From Candidatus Thorarchaeota archaeon (GTDB lineage Archaea > Asgardarchaeota > Thorarchaeia > Thorarchaeales > Thorarchaeaceae): a DNA stretch of 64,000 nucleotides. Positions 33,004 to 44,722 of the stretch are shown in pieces (within the stretch, counting starts at the first letter, position 1; each line of letters begins with the position of its first letter). Both the position numbers and the translations under genes were made by a program. Location: assembly GCA_963726195.1 (NCBI GenBank), contig CAVSBO010000003.1, positions 352,001 through 416,000 on the forward strand, written 5' to 3'. The notes under the pieces were generated by a model. It was not told where the DNA came from. It saw only the letters and a program-made list of their open reading frames with translations, and made no database searches.

Positions 33004-33630
33004 ATGACAGAAAGCGAAACACAACAACCGCCGGAGGCCGCAGTCAAGCCCAAGCGCTCAAGAAGTCAGAGACTCTACATTCAAAGCGGGCCGCTCTTGG
33101 CTTGGACAATCGCCTATTCACTCCTTGGCGCGGCCCTCTACGTATTGGTTTCTCTCATTCCAATGCCTTACACCTTGATTTCATTGTTCAAGTTCGGCAT
33201 CGTACCGGCCACAGCAATCATTGGGGTGGCTGGAGTTATCCGAGGACCAGTCGCGGGATTCCTTACGGGATATTTGGGTACAATCATTTATGACCTAATC
33301 TCGGCCGGCGGAATTGTCACGATGACTCTTCCGGCGGCAGCATGGGGAATTCTGGGCTTAATCGTGGGGTTATTCAGTTATGATTTCACCAGAGGAAGAT
33401 CCTTGGCCAAACTCGCGGTAGTTTCAGTCGTGGCAAATCTCGCGACCATGTTGATTCTCCTACTGGTAGGTCTCCGAATCGAAGTGTTTCCAACTCTGGC
33501 TATAATTGTCTTCTTCATGATACCAATGCTCACAGCCGGGATTCCAAGCATTTTCCTGCTGTCGCCGATCTATGCGAGAATCTGGCAGGCATTCATGATG
33601 AAAGTGAGACCCTCTCAGCTCGTTACATGA
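33004..33630 (+). CDS. ECF transporter S-component-like membrane protein
   Basis: About six TM helices; pattern PATAIIGVAGVIRGPVAGFLTGYLGTIIYD. AGGAGG RBS; 13 bp after the LinD-like gene. Confidence 0.68.
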   Translation: MTESETQQPPEAAVKPKRSRSQRLYIQSGPLLAWTIAYSLLGAALYVLVSLIPMPYTLISLFKFGIVPATAIIGVAGVIRGPVAGFLTGYLGTIIYDLISAGGIVTMTLPAAAWGILGLIVGLFSYDFTRGRSLAKLAVVSVVANLATMLILLLVGLRIEVFPTLAIIVFFMIPMLTAGIPSIFLLSPIYARIWQAFMMKVRPSQLVT

Positions 33631-33787
33631 GATCGCACCTCGTTTCAAGAGAGACACTAGGCAGTTCGCGAGGATGACAATTGAAAGCAGCTTCGGAATA
33701 CCAGCAGCCCAGGATGGTTCTGTGGTCCCGGACAATCTCTGGCGTGCCGCTGAGCTCCTCAAAGAAGAGCTCAGCTCGCATGCTCGA

Positions 33788-35245
33788 TTAACTTCCCTTA
33801 GCCTTGGTCCACCGCGCGTTGTCATCCTTGGCACTCACGTTGAACTTGAGCAGACTCATCACATCAGTTTTCCACTGTTCAGGTGACGAATGAATCACTC
33901 TGCCGATGAACTGACTGCGAAGCATCTGGAGTCCGGGTATCAGCTGAATCGAGAACTGATACTTCTGATATCGCGGCTCGTCCAGTTTCTCGTCAGGAAG
34001 GTAGATCGGTTCCCTCCTGAAATTGACTGATACCAGTGCCCGATTTGTCTTCGTAATGAAATCGTCAACCTGCTTGTGTAGGTCGTCAAGCTTCTTGAAC
34101 TTCGGATAGTCCTGCCTGCCCACGATTCTGAAGACGTAAGTCGCCTTCCCGGCCGCTTCGGCTTCCTGTCCTTCCCCTTCCTCTTCGGTCTCTGCTTCCG
34201 ATTGAGCTGCTCCTTCCTCGGTAGTCTCTTCTTCCTCACTCGGTTCTTTCTTTTCGACCGTCCCTTTACCCGGTGCCACTCCTGCCTCTAGGATTATCGC
34301 ATTGCCGGGGTCCTTTGAGTTTGTGCTATAGACAGGTATGAGGAACCACAGATAATCGCCTGTCAGGTCGCCCATGAGACCTCTCTTGATGCCTATGCAT
34401 ATCTTCGATTGTTGTCCAAGTGAGCTCAAGTAGTCATATTTCTCTTTCAACCCGGCAACTGCCAGCTTCTTTTCCAAGTCCTTCCACAGTGTTGGAGATA
34501 CTGCCTCAATGTCGCTACGCCTTGCGGCCCTGCCCTCTCTCATGAACTTGGCCGCTTTCGCGATTGTAGCGGGGTCAGTCTTTGGAGAAAGCTCCTTCAG
34601 AGCTGCTTGAGATTTGGCTGAGAGTTGATTGTTCAAGTCATTGAAAGTCCTCTTGAACGGGTCAGTTGTCCGTCCCATCTTCATGAGTGTCAACTTGGCG
34701 CCGTATTCGGTTGTGAACGTCAGCGAATACTCCTCAGCCTTTGTGCTGGAGATGTCACTGTAGGGTATTCTCACCAATTGCCCCTTCTCAGGCATGATGA
34801 CGAGACCTGTTTCGTATAGCCGGGCCTCGCAATTACCCTCGGATTCCTTGTTGCCCTCCTCATCGAAATAGGTATACTCCGCCTCAGCAATTGGTTTCTT
34901 GAGGGTCTCATTCATGAGCATGTCTTTCATGATCATTTCATTGCGCAGTTTGGATAGTACTCTGTAGAAATCCTCGTAACACCTTCCCAAGTCAAAGAGC
35001 GCCAGCTTTTCATCTGACGTCAAAAAGAGATTGAGCCTGTAATCGGCTTCTTGAATGCCCACAATGTCTCTCAGACTCACATAGATGGCATCACCCGATT
35101 CCGGAAGGACTGCAAGATGCTCAGCGTCAATCTGGCCCTTTCCTTCACCCGAGTTTGTCTCCTTTCCTTTCTCGTTAGCTAATGAAAAACTAAGAGAACA
35201 GTCCATCTCGATAGCAGGTTGCTCTTCTTCGCCCATGATGTTCAC
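33788..35245 (-). CDS. Hypothetical soluble protein with two tandem PH-like beta modules and an acidic loop
   Basis: Internal repeat: LAVLPESGDAIYVSLRDIVGIQEADYRLNL...LFDLGR versus LVIMPEKGQLVRIPYSDISSTKAEEYSLTF...LMKMGR. Likely ATG at 35236. Confidence 0.75.
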   Translation of the reverse strand: MNIMGEEEQPAIEMDCSLSFSLANEKGKETNSGEGKGQIDAEHLAVLPESGDAIYVSLRDIVGIQEADYRLNLFLTSDEKLALFDLGRCYEDFYRVLSKLRNEMIMKDMLMNETLKKPIAEAEYTYFDEEGNKESEGNCEARLYETGLVIMPEKGQLVRIPYSDISSTKAEEYSLTFTTEYGAKLTLMKMGRTTDPFKRTFNDLNNQLSAKSQAALKELSPKTDPATIAKAAKFMREGRAARRSDIEAVSPTLWKDLEKKLAVAGLKEKYDYLSSLGQQSKICIGIKRGLMGDLTGDYLWFLIPVYSTNSKDPGNAIILEAGVAPGKGTVEKKEPSEEEETTEEGAAQSEAETEEEGEGQEAEAAGKATYVFRIVGRQDYPKFKKLDDLHKQVDDFITKTNRALVSVNFRREPIYLPDEKLDEPRYQKYQFSIQLIPGLQMLRSQFIGRVIHSSPEQWKTDVMSLLKFNVSAKDDNARWTKAKGS

Positions 35246-35355
35246 TCTTCGAGGTCGCGAAGCTCAACTGATACTTAAAGGTTGTAGGGAACCAATACGA
35301 CCAAGACCGGGAGCATATGACCTGCAAGCAATCAACCGCACACCGGATATTGTTC

Positions 35356-36234
35356 TCAGAACTGACTGAGTGCCCCGTGCTTCCGCACATATCTGTCGGT
35401 AGCTCGGAAGAGAACCAATCCGACTGAGAGAAATATGATGTCCAGCACTATGAGAACAAGCACGGCCTCCAATATCCCTGGTACCATGAGCCCGTTCATA
35501 AGAAAGGATCTGAAGGATTCCACACTCCAAGTCAGAGGACTTGAAACAGCGGCATACTGTAGAACTGGATGCAGAACCGCAATCGGGTATGATATGGGCG
35601 CTATCAACATCAACGTGCTGCCGATGAAATCGACAATCATCCAGCCTTGCTTCGCCACGAGCACAATGCACGTGATTCCGAACACGACGCCCTGCATGCC
35701 GATGAGAGCCAGTCCAACTATAGCGAGTGACGGGAGAATGCCCCAGGCATTTATGGTAACCCCAAAGAGCAGTACGGAGAATAGTAGCTGAACAATTACC
35801 CCAAAACCTCCTTGCAGCAGGCTGTGCAGCATCGCGCCCCAGACCAGAGTTTCCTTCTTCATCGGTGTAGTAAGCAAGGTCTCTAGCGTGCCAGTGTTCT
35901 GTTCTCGCCGGAAAGTCAAACCTGAGCCCCAGAATATCGAGAAACAGAGAGCGCTGAACGCATTGCCGATGGCAACATAGCTTACCCAGTCCGTCGTGCC
36001 CGTCGTCGTACTGAACACTGACGATTGACTAGCACCGACAGCCGCAGAACCAACAAGAACGTATGGGAGGAACCACAGGAAAGGAGATACGATGAAATAC
36101 AGAAGGCTGAGAGGATAGCTAAGGTCAACTTTCCATTCTTGTATTGCCACTGCAACGGCGGCTCTCAATTCAGACCTGTAACCTTCTCTCTGCTTCATTC
36201 TGACAAAGGCATCAGCTTTCGCGACCTTCGACAT
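35356..36234 (-). CDS. ABC-2 type transporter permease
   Basis: Motifs REQNTGTLETLLTTP, YPIAVLHP and SPLTWSVESFR; six TM helices. Confidence 0.9.
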   Translation of the reverse strand: MSKVAKADAFVRMKQREGYRSELRAAVAVAIQEWKVDLSYPLSLLYFIVSPFLWFLPYVLVGSAAVGASQSSVFSTTTGTTDWVSYVAIGNAFSALCFSIFWGSGLTFRREQNTGTLETLLTTPMKKETLVWGAMLHSLLQGGFGVIVQLLFSVLLFGVTINAWGILPSLAIVGLALIGMQGVVFGITCIVLVAKQGWMIVDFIGSTLMLIAPISYPIAVLHPVLQYAAVSSPLTWSVESFRSFLMNGLMVPGILEAVLVLIVLDIIFLSVGLVLFRATDRYVRKHGALSQF

Positions 36235-37134
36235 CTAGAACCCTCCCATACTGCCCCTTTCCTTCGCCCAATGTTCAGCATGCTTGAATGCCCAGAGTCC
36301 CAGACCCCACAAGATGAGAAGCAACATGAGCATGAAGGCCACAGACTGCAAGAACGTCACGGGATTAAAGAGGCCAGTAATCGCCAGCTCTCGCACGGCG
36401 ACAATCGCCATCGTCGACGGAATCAAGTACGCAGCGTACCTTGCGCCGGTAGGCAAGACCTGCAGAGGATAGTTGACGGGAGAGACAGTGAAAACAGAAG
36501 TGCTGATGAGGTCTGTCAGAACACTCGGATCCTTGAAGACCATTATGAGACCGGCGACCATGAAGCTAAACCCATAGAGACCTAGTATCATCAATAGCAT
36601 AATGACTATTATTGGCAGAATCATCGTGACTGCATACGTGACACCGAACAAGAACATGCAAACAAAGAGAAGTATGAAAGCCGAGACCGTGGTTTGAATC
36701 GTGTCAGCAAAAGCAGCCCCAACTAGAATACTGATCCATGGCACGGGCGTAACAAAGAGAGGTTCCAAAGTCCCGGAGAATTGCTCCCACCTGAAATTGT
36801 TGCCGACTGACCAGATGCTGGTGTCGACGTACCTGTACACGAACCAACCTATGATAGCGAACGTGAGAAAATCACTGAATCCTGAGACTTCGACGAAGTG
36901 CGCACTGGTTCCAGGTCCAGATATAGCAGTCATTAACAGAATGTAGGGAGCCAACCAGATAATGGGAATCGTTCCCCACACTATGATATTGGTTGGGTAC
37001 CGAATTGCGATAAGGAGGTTCTTCCTCATGAAGACTCGGGCTGCGGACCAGTCCATCAACTTTGGTTCGAAGGTCTCAAGGTAAGACTTCGAGGCCTGAC
37101 CTTTCGAAGATTCTGTTGACCTTGTCCCTGACAA
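36235..37134 (-). CDS. ABC-2 type transporter permease
   Basis: Motifs WEQFSGTLEPLFVTP, YPLQVLP and PSTMAIVAVRE; abuts the second permease. Confidence 0.9.
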   Translation of the reverse strand: MSGTRSTESSKGQASKSYLETFEPKLMDWSAARVFMRKNLLIAIRYPTNIIVWGTIPIIWLAPYILLMTAISGPGTSAHFVEVSGFSDFLTFAIIGWFVYRYVDTSIWSVGNNFRWEQFSGTLEPLFVTPVPWISILVGAAFADTIQTTVSAFILLFVCMFLFGVTYAVTMILPIIVIMLLMILGLYGFSFMVAGLIMVFKDPSVLTDLISTSVFTVSPVNYPLQVLPTGARYAAYLIPSTMAIVAVRELAITGLFNPVTFLQSVAFMLMLLLILWGLGLWAFKHAEHWAKERGSMGGF

Positions 37135-37152
37135 TTCCTTCGTCTCCTCTTT

Positions 37153-38145
37153 CTAATCGTCGATAGTGCGGCCTGTGAGTTGCATGAAAACGTCATCTAG
37201 AGTCGGCTCTTTGACTTCAAAGTGCTCCACTCGCGTGTTCGGATCTTGATGTAATAGGTCGAGCAACCTGTGAGCCAGTTCATAGCCATCATGTGCAGTG
37301 GCTACGAGCTCTGAATGGTCATCTGTTAGCTTCATCTGTGCGTTGATTACGTCGGGAAGGGCTCTTACAGCTTCGATGTTCGGAACACCCTTTACTGTGA
37401 TGTGAAGGCTATCGTAGTCTCTGACCCCCTCTTTCAGTTCATGCGGCGTTCCGACCTTCTTGATTTCCCCTTCGTTGAGAAGGGCAATTCGGTCACAGAG
37501 CAGATCAGCCTCATGCATGTAGTGTGTCGTGAGGAGTATGGTTTTGTCTCGAAGCTGATCTCGAATGTATGTTCTGAGGTCAGCTGCGAATGTCGGGTCC
37601 ATCCCCTGTGTCGGTTCATCCAAGAGGAGTACCGGAGGATCGTGAATCAGTGCTCTCGCGAATACAATCTTCATTCTCATACCGTGACTGAGGTTTTCTG
37701 CCTTCACGTCAGCCTTGTCAAGCAGACCCATTTGACCCAGGAGTTCATCGGCCCTTTCGCGTGCTTCGTTCTTTGGCATCCTGTAGAGTCTCGCGAAGAA
37801 TGTCATGTTCTCGCGGCCCGAGAGTTTCCAGTATATGCTTCTCTCGTTTCCTTGGCATACACCAATAGAGGCGCGCACATATGTCGCGTCCTTCAAGACG
37901 TCGTAACCCATGACCCTCGCGCTACCAGAGGTAGGAAGGACAAGGGTGGCAAGCACTTTGATAAGCGTCGTCTTCCCCGCACCGTTTGGACCCAAAATAC
38001 CCCAGATACGACCATGCGGAATATCAAGTGTTATGGACTTGAGAGCCGCGACGACTTCTTTCTTGCCGGGAAATACAATCGCTCTTCTGTTCATGCTGAC
38101 GAATGTTTTCGAAAGTTCGTGTATCTCAACATCATTATCTGACAT
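37153..38145 (-). CDS. ABC transporter ATP-binding protein (DrrA-like)
   Basis: Walker A GPNGAGKTT, signature LSHGM, LLLDEPT, TTHYM and C-terminal PTLDDVF. Likely start MSDNDV at 38145. Confidence 0.92.
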   Translation of the reverse strand: MSDNDVEIHELSKTFVSMNRRAIVFPGKKEVVAALKSITLDIPHGRIWGILGPNGAGKTTLIKVLATLVLPTSGSARVMGYDVLKDATYVRASIGVCQGNERSIYWKLSGRENMTFFARLYRMPKNEARERADELLGQMGLLDKADVKAENLSHGMRMKIVFARALIHDPPVLLLDEPTQGMDPTFAADLRTYIRDQLRDKTILLTTHYMHEADLLCDRIALLNEGEIKKVGTPHELKEGVRDYDSLHITVKGVPNIEAVRALPDVINAQMKLTDDHSELVATAHDGYELAHRLLDLLHQDPNTRVEHFEVKEPTLDDVFMQLTGRTIDD

Positions 38146-38464
38146 GTGAAGAATCCTCCCAACTTGTGGTGAGTGTGTACTGGCGTTCTCATGTGCCCAT
38201 GGACAGCATAGATTGGGCTCAAACAACTCAAAAGACGTCAGGCAGGTTCTACTGCCACAATACACCGACAAAGGTCATGAGATACACCTTCAGCTCCCCG
38301 CTCTGCTTTTTCCATATAAGTATAGCGGGGCATTGGTTCATAACGAGAGAAAACGGGCGCCGCGTCCGCAGACTGTCCTTTGCAGGAATGATCCTTGCAG
38401 ACTAAACGCCGCAATTGAGTACGTTCAGATATGCCTTTAGGAGCATTGCTCTGTCGCGACCTGC

Positions 38465-39379
38465 ATGATGCAGAGCACACCCGGCTTCCTGATAGGGGTT
38501 GTAGCCGGTCTGCTAGCCGCGTTTCTGTTTGCAATTTCAGTCAATGTATACAAGTCTCAGAGCGAAGGCATCAGACCCGTCGCTGTCAGCTCGATAAAGA
38601 TGTGGATATCACTTCCTTTCATGATAGTGCTTGAGCTCTTGCTAATACCTTTCAGGACGACCCCTTACTCGGTGCCATTGGGAGCCCTGCTACCGCTATC
38701 AATCTCGATGGTTGCCGGTGCTGTTGTGGGTGATACTGCGTACTTGATTAGCCAAGATAGGATAGGCATAGCTCACGCATTTCCAATAGCTGGTGCACAT
38801 CCAATCATGACCTATCTTGTCGCGCTCGCATTCTTGGGCGAGCCTTTCGGGATTGCCAGAATGTCAGGTGTGATTCTTGCTGTCATCGGGATTGTTCTCA
38901 TAACCAGAGAGCATGGAGCCAAGACAAGTGAGTTGGAGACCAAACGGAGCTTCGACCCACTCGGAATTGGGCTAGCTTTCCTGGCTCTCATCATGTTTTC
39001 TCTAGCCGCCATCTTCGCATATCTAGGCGTAATGTCTGTCGACCCCGTGGATGCGAATCTTCCAAGAGTGATAGTCGGCTCTGCTGCGCTCGTTCCGATA
39101 TACGGAGTCGCAAAACACAAGGGCATGGCTACGCCTTCAAGACACGCAACGAAGCTCAGTATCGTGGCCGGGTTTCTTGGAATGTCAGTTGGATCGATAT
39201 TCTACATAATGTCATTCAAGTATGTCGGAGCGTCAGTCGGTTCAGTGTTGGCTTCCACATCTCCTCTCTTCGCTGTGCCGATGTCGCTTGTCTTTCTGAA
39301 GGAACGGGTCTCAAGACTCGCAGTGGTCGGCATCACTGCAACAATCACGGGCGTCTTCCTAGTCCTGTTGGGATTCTAG
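38465..39379 (+). CDS. EamA/DMT family transporter
   Basis: Ten TM helices; motifs GDTAYL...IGIAHAFPI, FLGE and STSPLFAV...FLKERV. Confidence 0.9.
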   Translation: MMQSTPGFLIGVVAGLLAAFLFAISVNVYKSQSEGIRPVAVSSIKMWISLPFMIVLELLLIPFRTTPYSVPLGALLPLSISMVAGAVVGDTAYLISQDRIGIAHAFPIAGAHPIMTYLVALAFLGEPFGIARMSGVILAVIGIVLITREHGAKTSELETKRSFDPLGIGLAFLALIMFSLAAIFAYLGVMSVDPVDANLPRVIVGSAALVPIYGVAKHKGMATPSRHATKLSIVAGFLGMSVGSIFYIMSFKYVGASVGSVLASTSPLFAVPMSLVFLKERVSRLAVVGITATITGVFLVLLGF

Positions 39380-39403
39380 CATGAGGAGGACGGCCGTCCG
39401 AAG

Positions 39404-40306
39404 GTGGCTGCGATGCAAGACATCATGCTGGGCGTAACGGCAGGGCTCCTGAGCTCTCTCTTCTACGCCGTGTCCGTTATCATATACAAGTCAGTTGCCC
39501 ACGATATTAGACCCCTTGCTGTTAGTGCCATCAAGATGTGGGTCAGCCTTGCATTCATCACCATTCTCGTCTTCGAACCTTTCAGAACCACACCGTTTTC
39601 TGTTCCACTTCAAGATGTCATCATACTCGGAGCAGCAGTCACAGTCGGCACAGTAATCGGGGATACCGCGTATCTTTTCAGTCAAGACAGAATTGGCGTG
39701 TCCCACGCGTTTCCGATAACGTCCGCATATCCCATCACAACATACATTCTGGCAATTGCGTTTTTGGGGGACCAGATTGTTCCGAGCAGAATCTTCGGAG
39801 TAGTTCTTGCAGTGGTCGGAATCTTCGTGATCTCCCGAGGTCAGAGCCATGATGCCGACACTACAGAGAGACGCGGCTCTGCTGCGGTAGGAATGTCACT
39901 GGCACTACTCGCGCTAATCATGTACTCTTTTAGCACGACATTGATGCAAGCAGGCACTTCTGGGGTTGAAGCCATTGACGCGAACTTCATCAGAATGCTA
40001 GTTGGCTCCATAGAGCTCGCTCCGGCTTTCGCAGTCGCAAGGCACCTCGGCATGCCGCTTCCATCGAAGCGCGGCGTCAAGGTCACGGTCATCGCGTCTA
40101 TCTTTGGGATGGCTCTGGGATCGCTTCTATACTTGGCCTCCATCAAGTATGCCGGGGCGACCATCGGTGCTGTTGTTGGGTCCACCTCTCCTCTCTTCGG
40201 CGTGCCTATAGCCTATGCGTACCTGAAAGAGAGAGTGTCCAAGTTGGAAATTGCCGGAATAGCGGCAACCATGACAGGCGTGCTTCTGACAGTGTTCAGC
40301 TTCTAG
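39404..40306 (+). CDS. EamA/DMT family transporter (tandem paralog)
   Basis: Shares IRP.AVS.IKMW, PFRTTP.SVPL, GDTAYL.SQDRIG and STSPLF with the upstream copy. GAGGAGG RBS. Confidence 0.9.
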   Translation: MAAMQDIMLGVTAGLLSSLFYAVSVIIYKSVAHDIRPLAVSAIKMWVSLAFITILVFEPFRTTPFSVPLQDVIILGAAVTVGTVIGDTAYLFSQDRIGVSHAFPITSAYPITTYILAIAFLGDQIVPSRIFGVVLAVVGIFVISRGQSHDADTTERRGSAAVGMSLALLALIMYSFSTTLMQAGTSGVEAIDANFIRMLVGSIELAPAFAVARHLGMPLPSKRGVKVTVIASIFGMALGSLLYLASIKYAGATIGAVVGSTSPLFGVPIAYAYLKERVSKLEIAGIAATMTGVLLTVFSF

Positions 40307-40721
40307 ACGTCTTGATTGTAAGAGCAGGTTGACAGAGAGAGCCGCACTCACTCGTCCTCAGACTTATTAGCTCCGGCTCACTATCGCTCTCATCTGATGT
40401 CTTCGGTGTTTTCTCTTGCGGCCTTTTAGTTCCATACGGAAATGCTGACGGACTACTCCCTGTTATTCCATATTTGGCATCGTAGTATCTTTCCCATTTG
40501 GCCCCGTCGTAACTGTCAGCAGGATGTTCGGCCTGTTTGATCCACGGATCCTCAGGTTGCGCATACTCGTCCTTTCTCTCAGGTTCGCCAGTCCGAGCCC
40601 CCTTCTCACATTCGCCTGTCAGACCTCCCTTGTACATGATGACCAACAGGAAAAGTAGGAACAGGAAAAAGGCCACGAGGACGAGATAATCGGACAAGTA
40701 CGAAAAACCAAACTGCAGCAA
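40296..40721 (-). CDS. Hypothetical single-TM protein
   Basis: N-terminal hydrophobic helix followed by a hydrophilic tail; sits downstream of the HtrA gene. Both ends uncertain. Confidence 0.5.
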   Translation of the reverse strand: MLQFGFSYLSDYLVLVAFFLFLLFLLVIMYKGGLTGECEKGARTGEPERKDEYAQPEDPWIKQAEHPADSYDGAKWERYYDAKYGITGSSPSAFPYGTKRPQEKTPKTSDESDSEPELISLRTSECGSLCQPALTIKTSRS

Positions 40722-40818
40722 CTCTAGCCCCTATCATACATGTACGCAACAGCTTGTGGGCCTTTTGTCCGACATTGAGGCGGCGAGACCAAGACTGCAT
40801 AACCTTGCCTTGATCTTG

Positions 40819-41758
40819 CTATGGCGAGGCCTTGAGCACTACGTAGACCTCGAATGTATCGCGCTCTCTGACGAATGTGACACGAAGCTTGGCGCCCACT
40901 TTCCTTTTGGCAATGATGCCTCTGAGCTCTTCCATGCCCACGACCTTGCTTCCGTCGATTGCCACAATGACATCTCCAGGTCTCAAACCCGCCTTGAGCG
41001 CAGGTCCCCTTTGAAGCTCAATCAATAACGCCCCTTCATCAACATTAAGTCTGATAGTGTGATGCAATCCCCTTGTTGAGAGTAACTCCAACAATGCCCA
41101 TCCAAGGTGACTGCACCGTGCCTGTTTCGATAAGCTCCTCAAATACGTCCTTGATTCGATCCACTGCAAGGGCAAAGCCAATTCCCTGGCTCCACGGTAT
41201 CATGGCCGTTGGCATACCGATTAGCTTACCTTCCGTGTCCACGAGGGCTCCTCCGGAGTTGCCGGGATTGATCTGAGCAGAGGTCTGTATCAGACCCTCA
41301 AGAAAGGCCTCTTCACTCTGAATCGTTCTTTCGAGGGCGCTTATCATGCCGAATGTGACAGTGGTGCCAAGTCCTAGGGGGTTACCAACTGCTATCGCAA
41401 ATTGACCAACCTTCAACTTGCTCGATTCGCCCAACTCAATCGGAACCAGTTTCTTCGCATCTATCTTTAGAACCGCGAGGTCTCTCGATCTCGACTGACC
41501 AACCAGAACAGCCTTGAAAGCTTCTCCGTCAGACATGGTTACGCCGATGTCTCTAGCTCCTTCCACAACGTGTGCATTGGTGACAATGAAACCTTTCTCG
41601 GTCAAGACAACACCTGAACCTTGACCTTGCACTGGGACTATCTGGGACATCTGTACGCGTGCCAGAGCGACTGTAGACACACTCACTACACTAGGAATGA
41701 CTTTCTCGACAACCTCTACGAATCTTGATTCGAGTTCCTTCATCATCGGGTCTGACAT
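40819..41758 (-). CDS. HtrA/DegP-family trypsin-like serine protease with one PDZ domain and no signal peptide; probable sequencing frameshift at ~41052
   Basis: Motifs GSGV, TNAHV, DLAVLK, GNPLGL and QINPGNSGG; PDZ segment GPALKAGLRPGDVIVAIDG lies in ORF 40819-41181. Confidence 0.88.
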
Positions 41759-41799
41759 GGTTCCACTGGCAGCATGTTCCCGCATATTAACTTGAACAT

Positions 41800-44720
<2,921 letters not shown>

Positions 44721-44722
44721 AT

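Noticed and set aside
8087-38142. Long antisense ORFs (8087-8659, 17283-17957, 20144-20773, 25551-26132, 37402-38142)
   Set aside because: They are shadows of well-supported genes on the opposite strand and contain no motifs.
12469-41060. Programmed ribosomal frameshifting at the gene breaks
   Set aside because: There is no consistent slippery site, and the breaks hit unrelated housekeeping-type genes.
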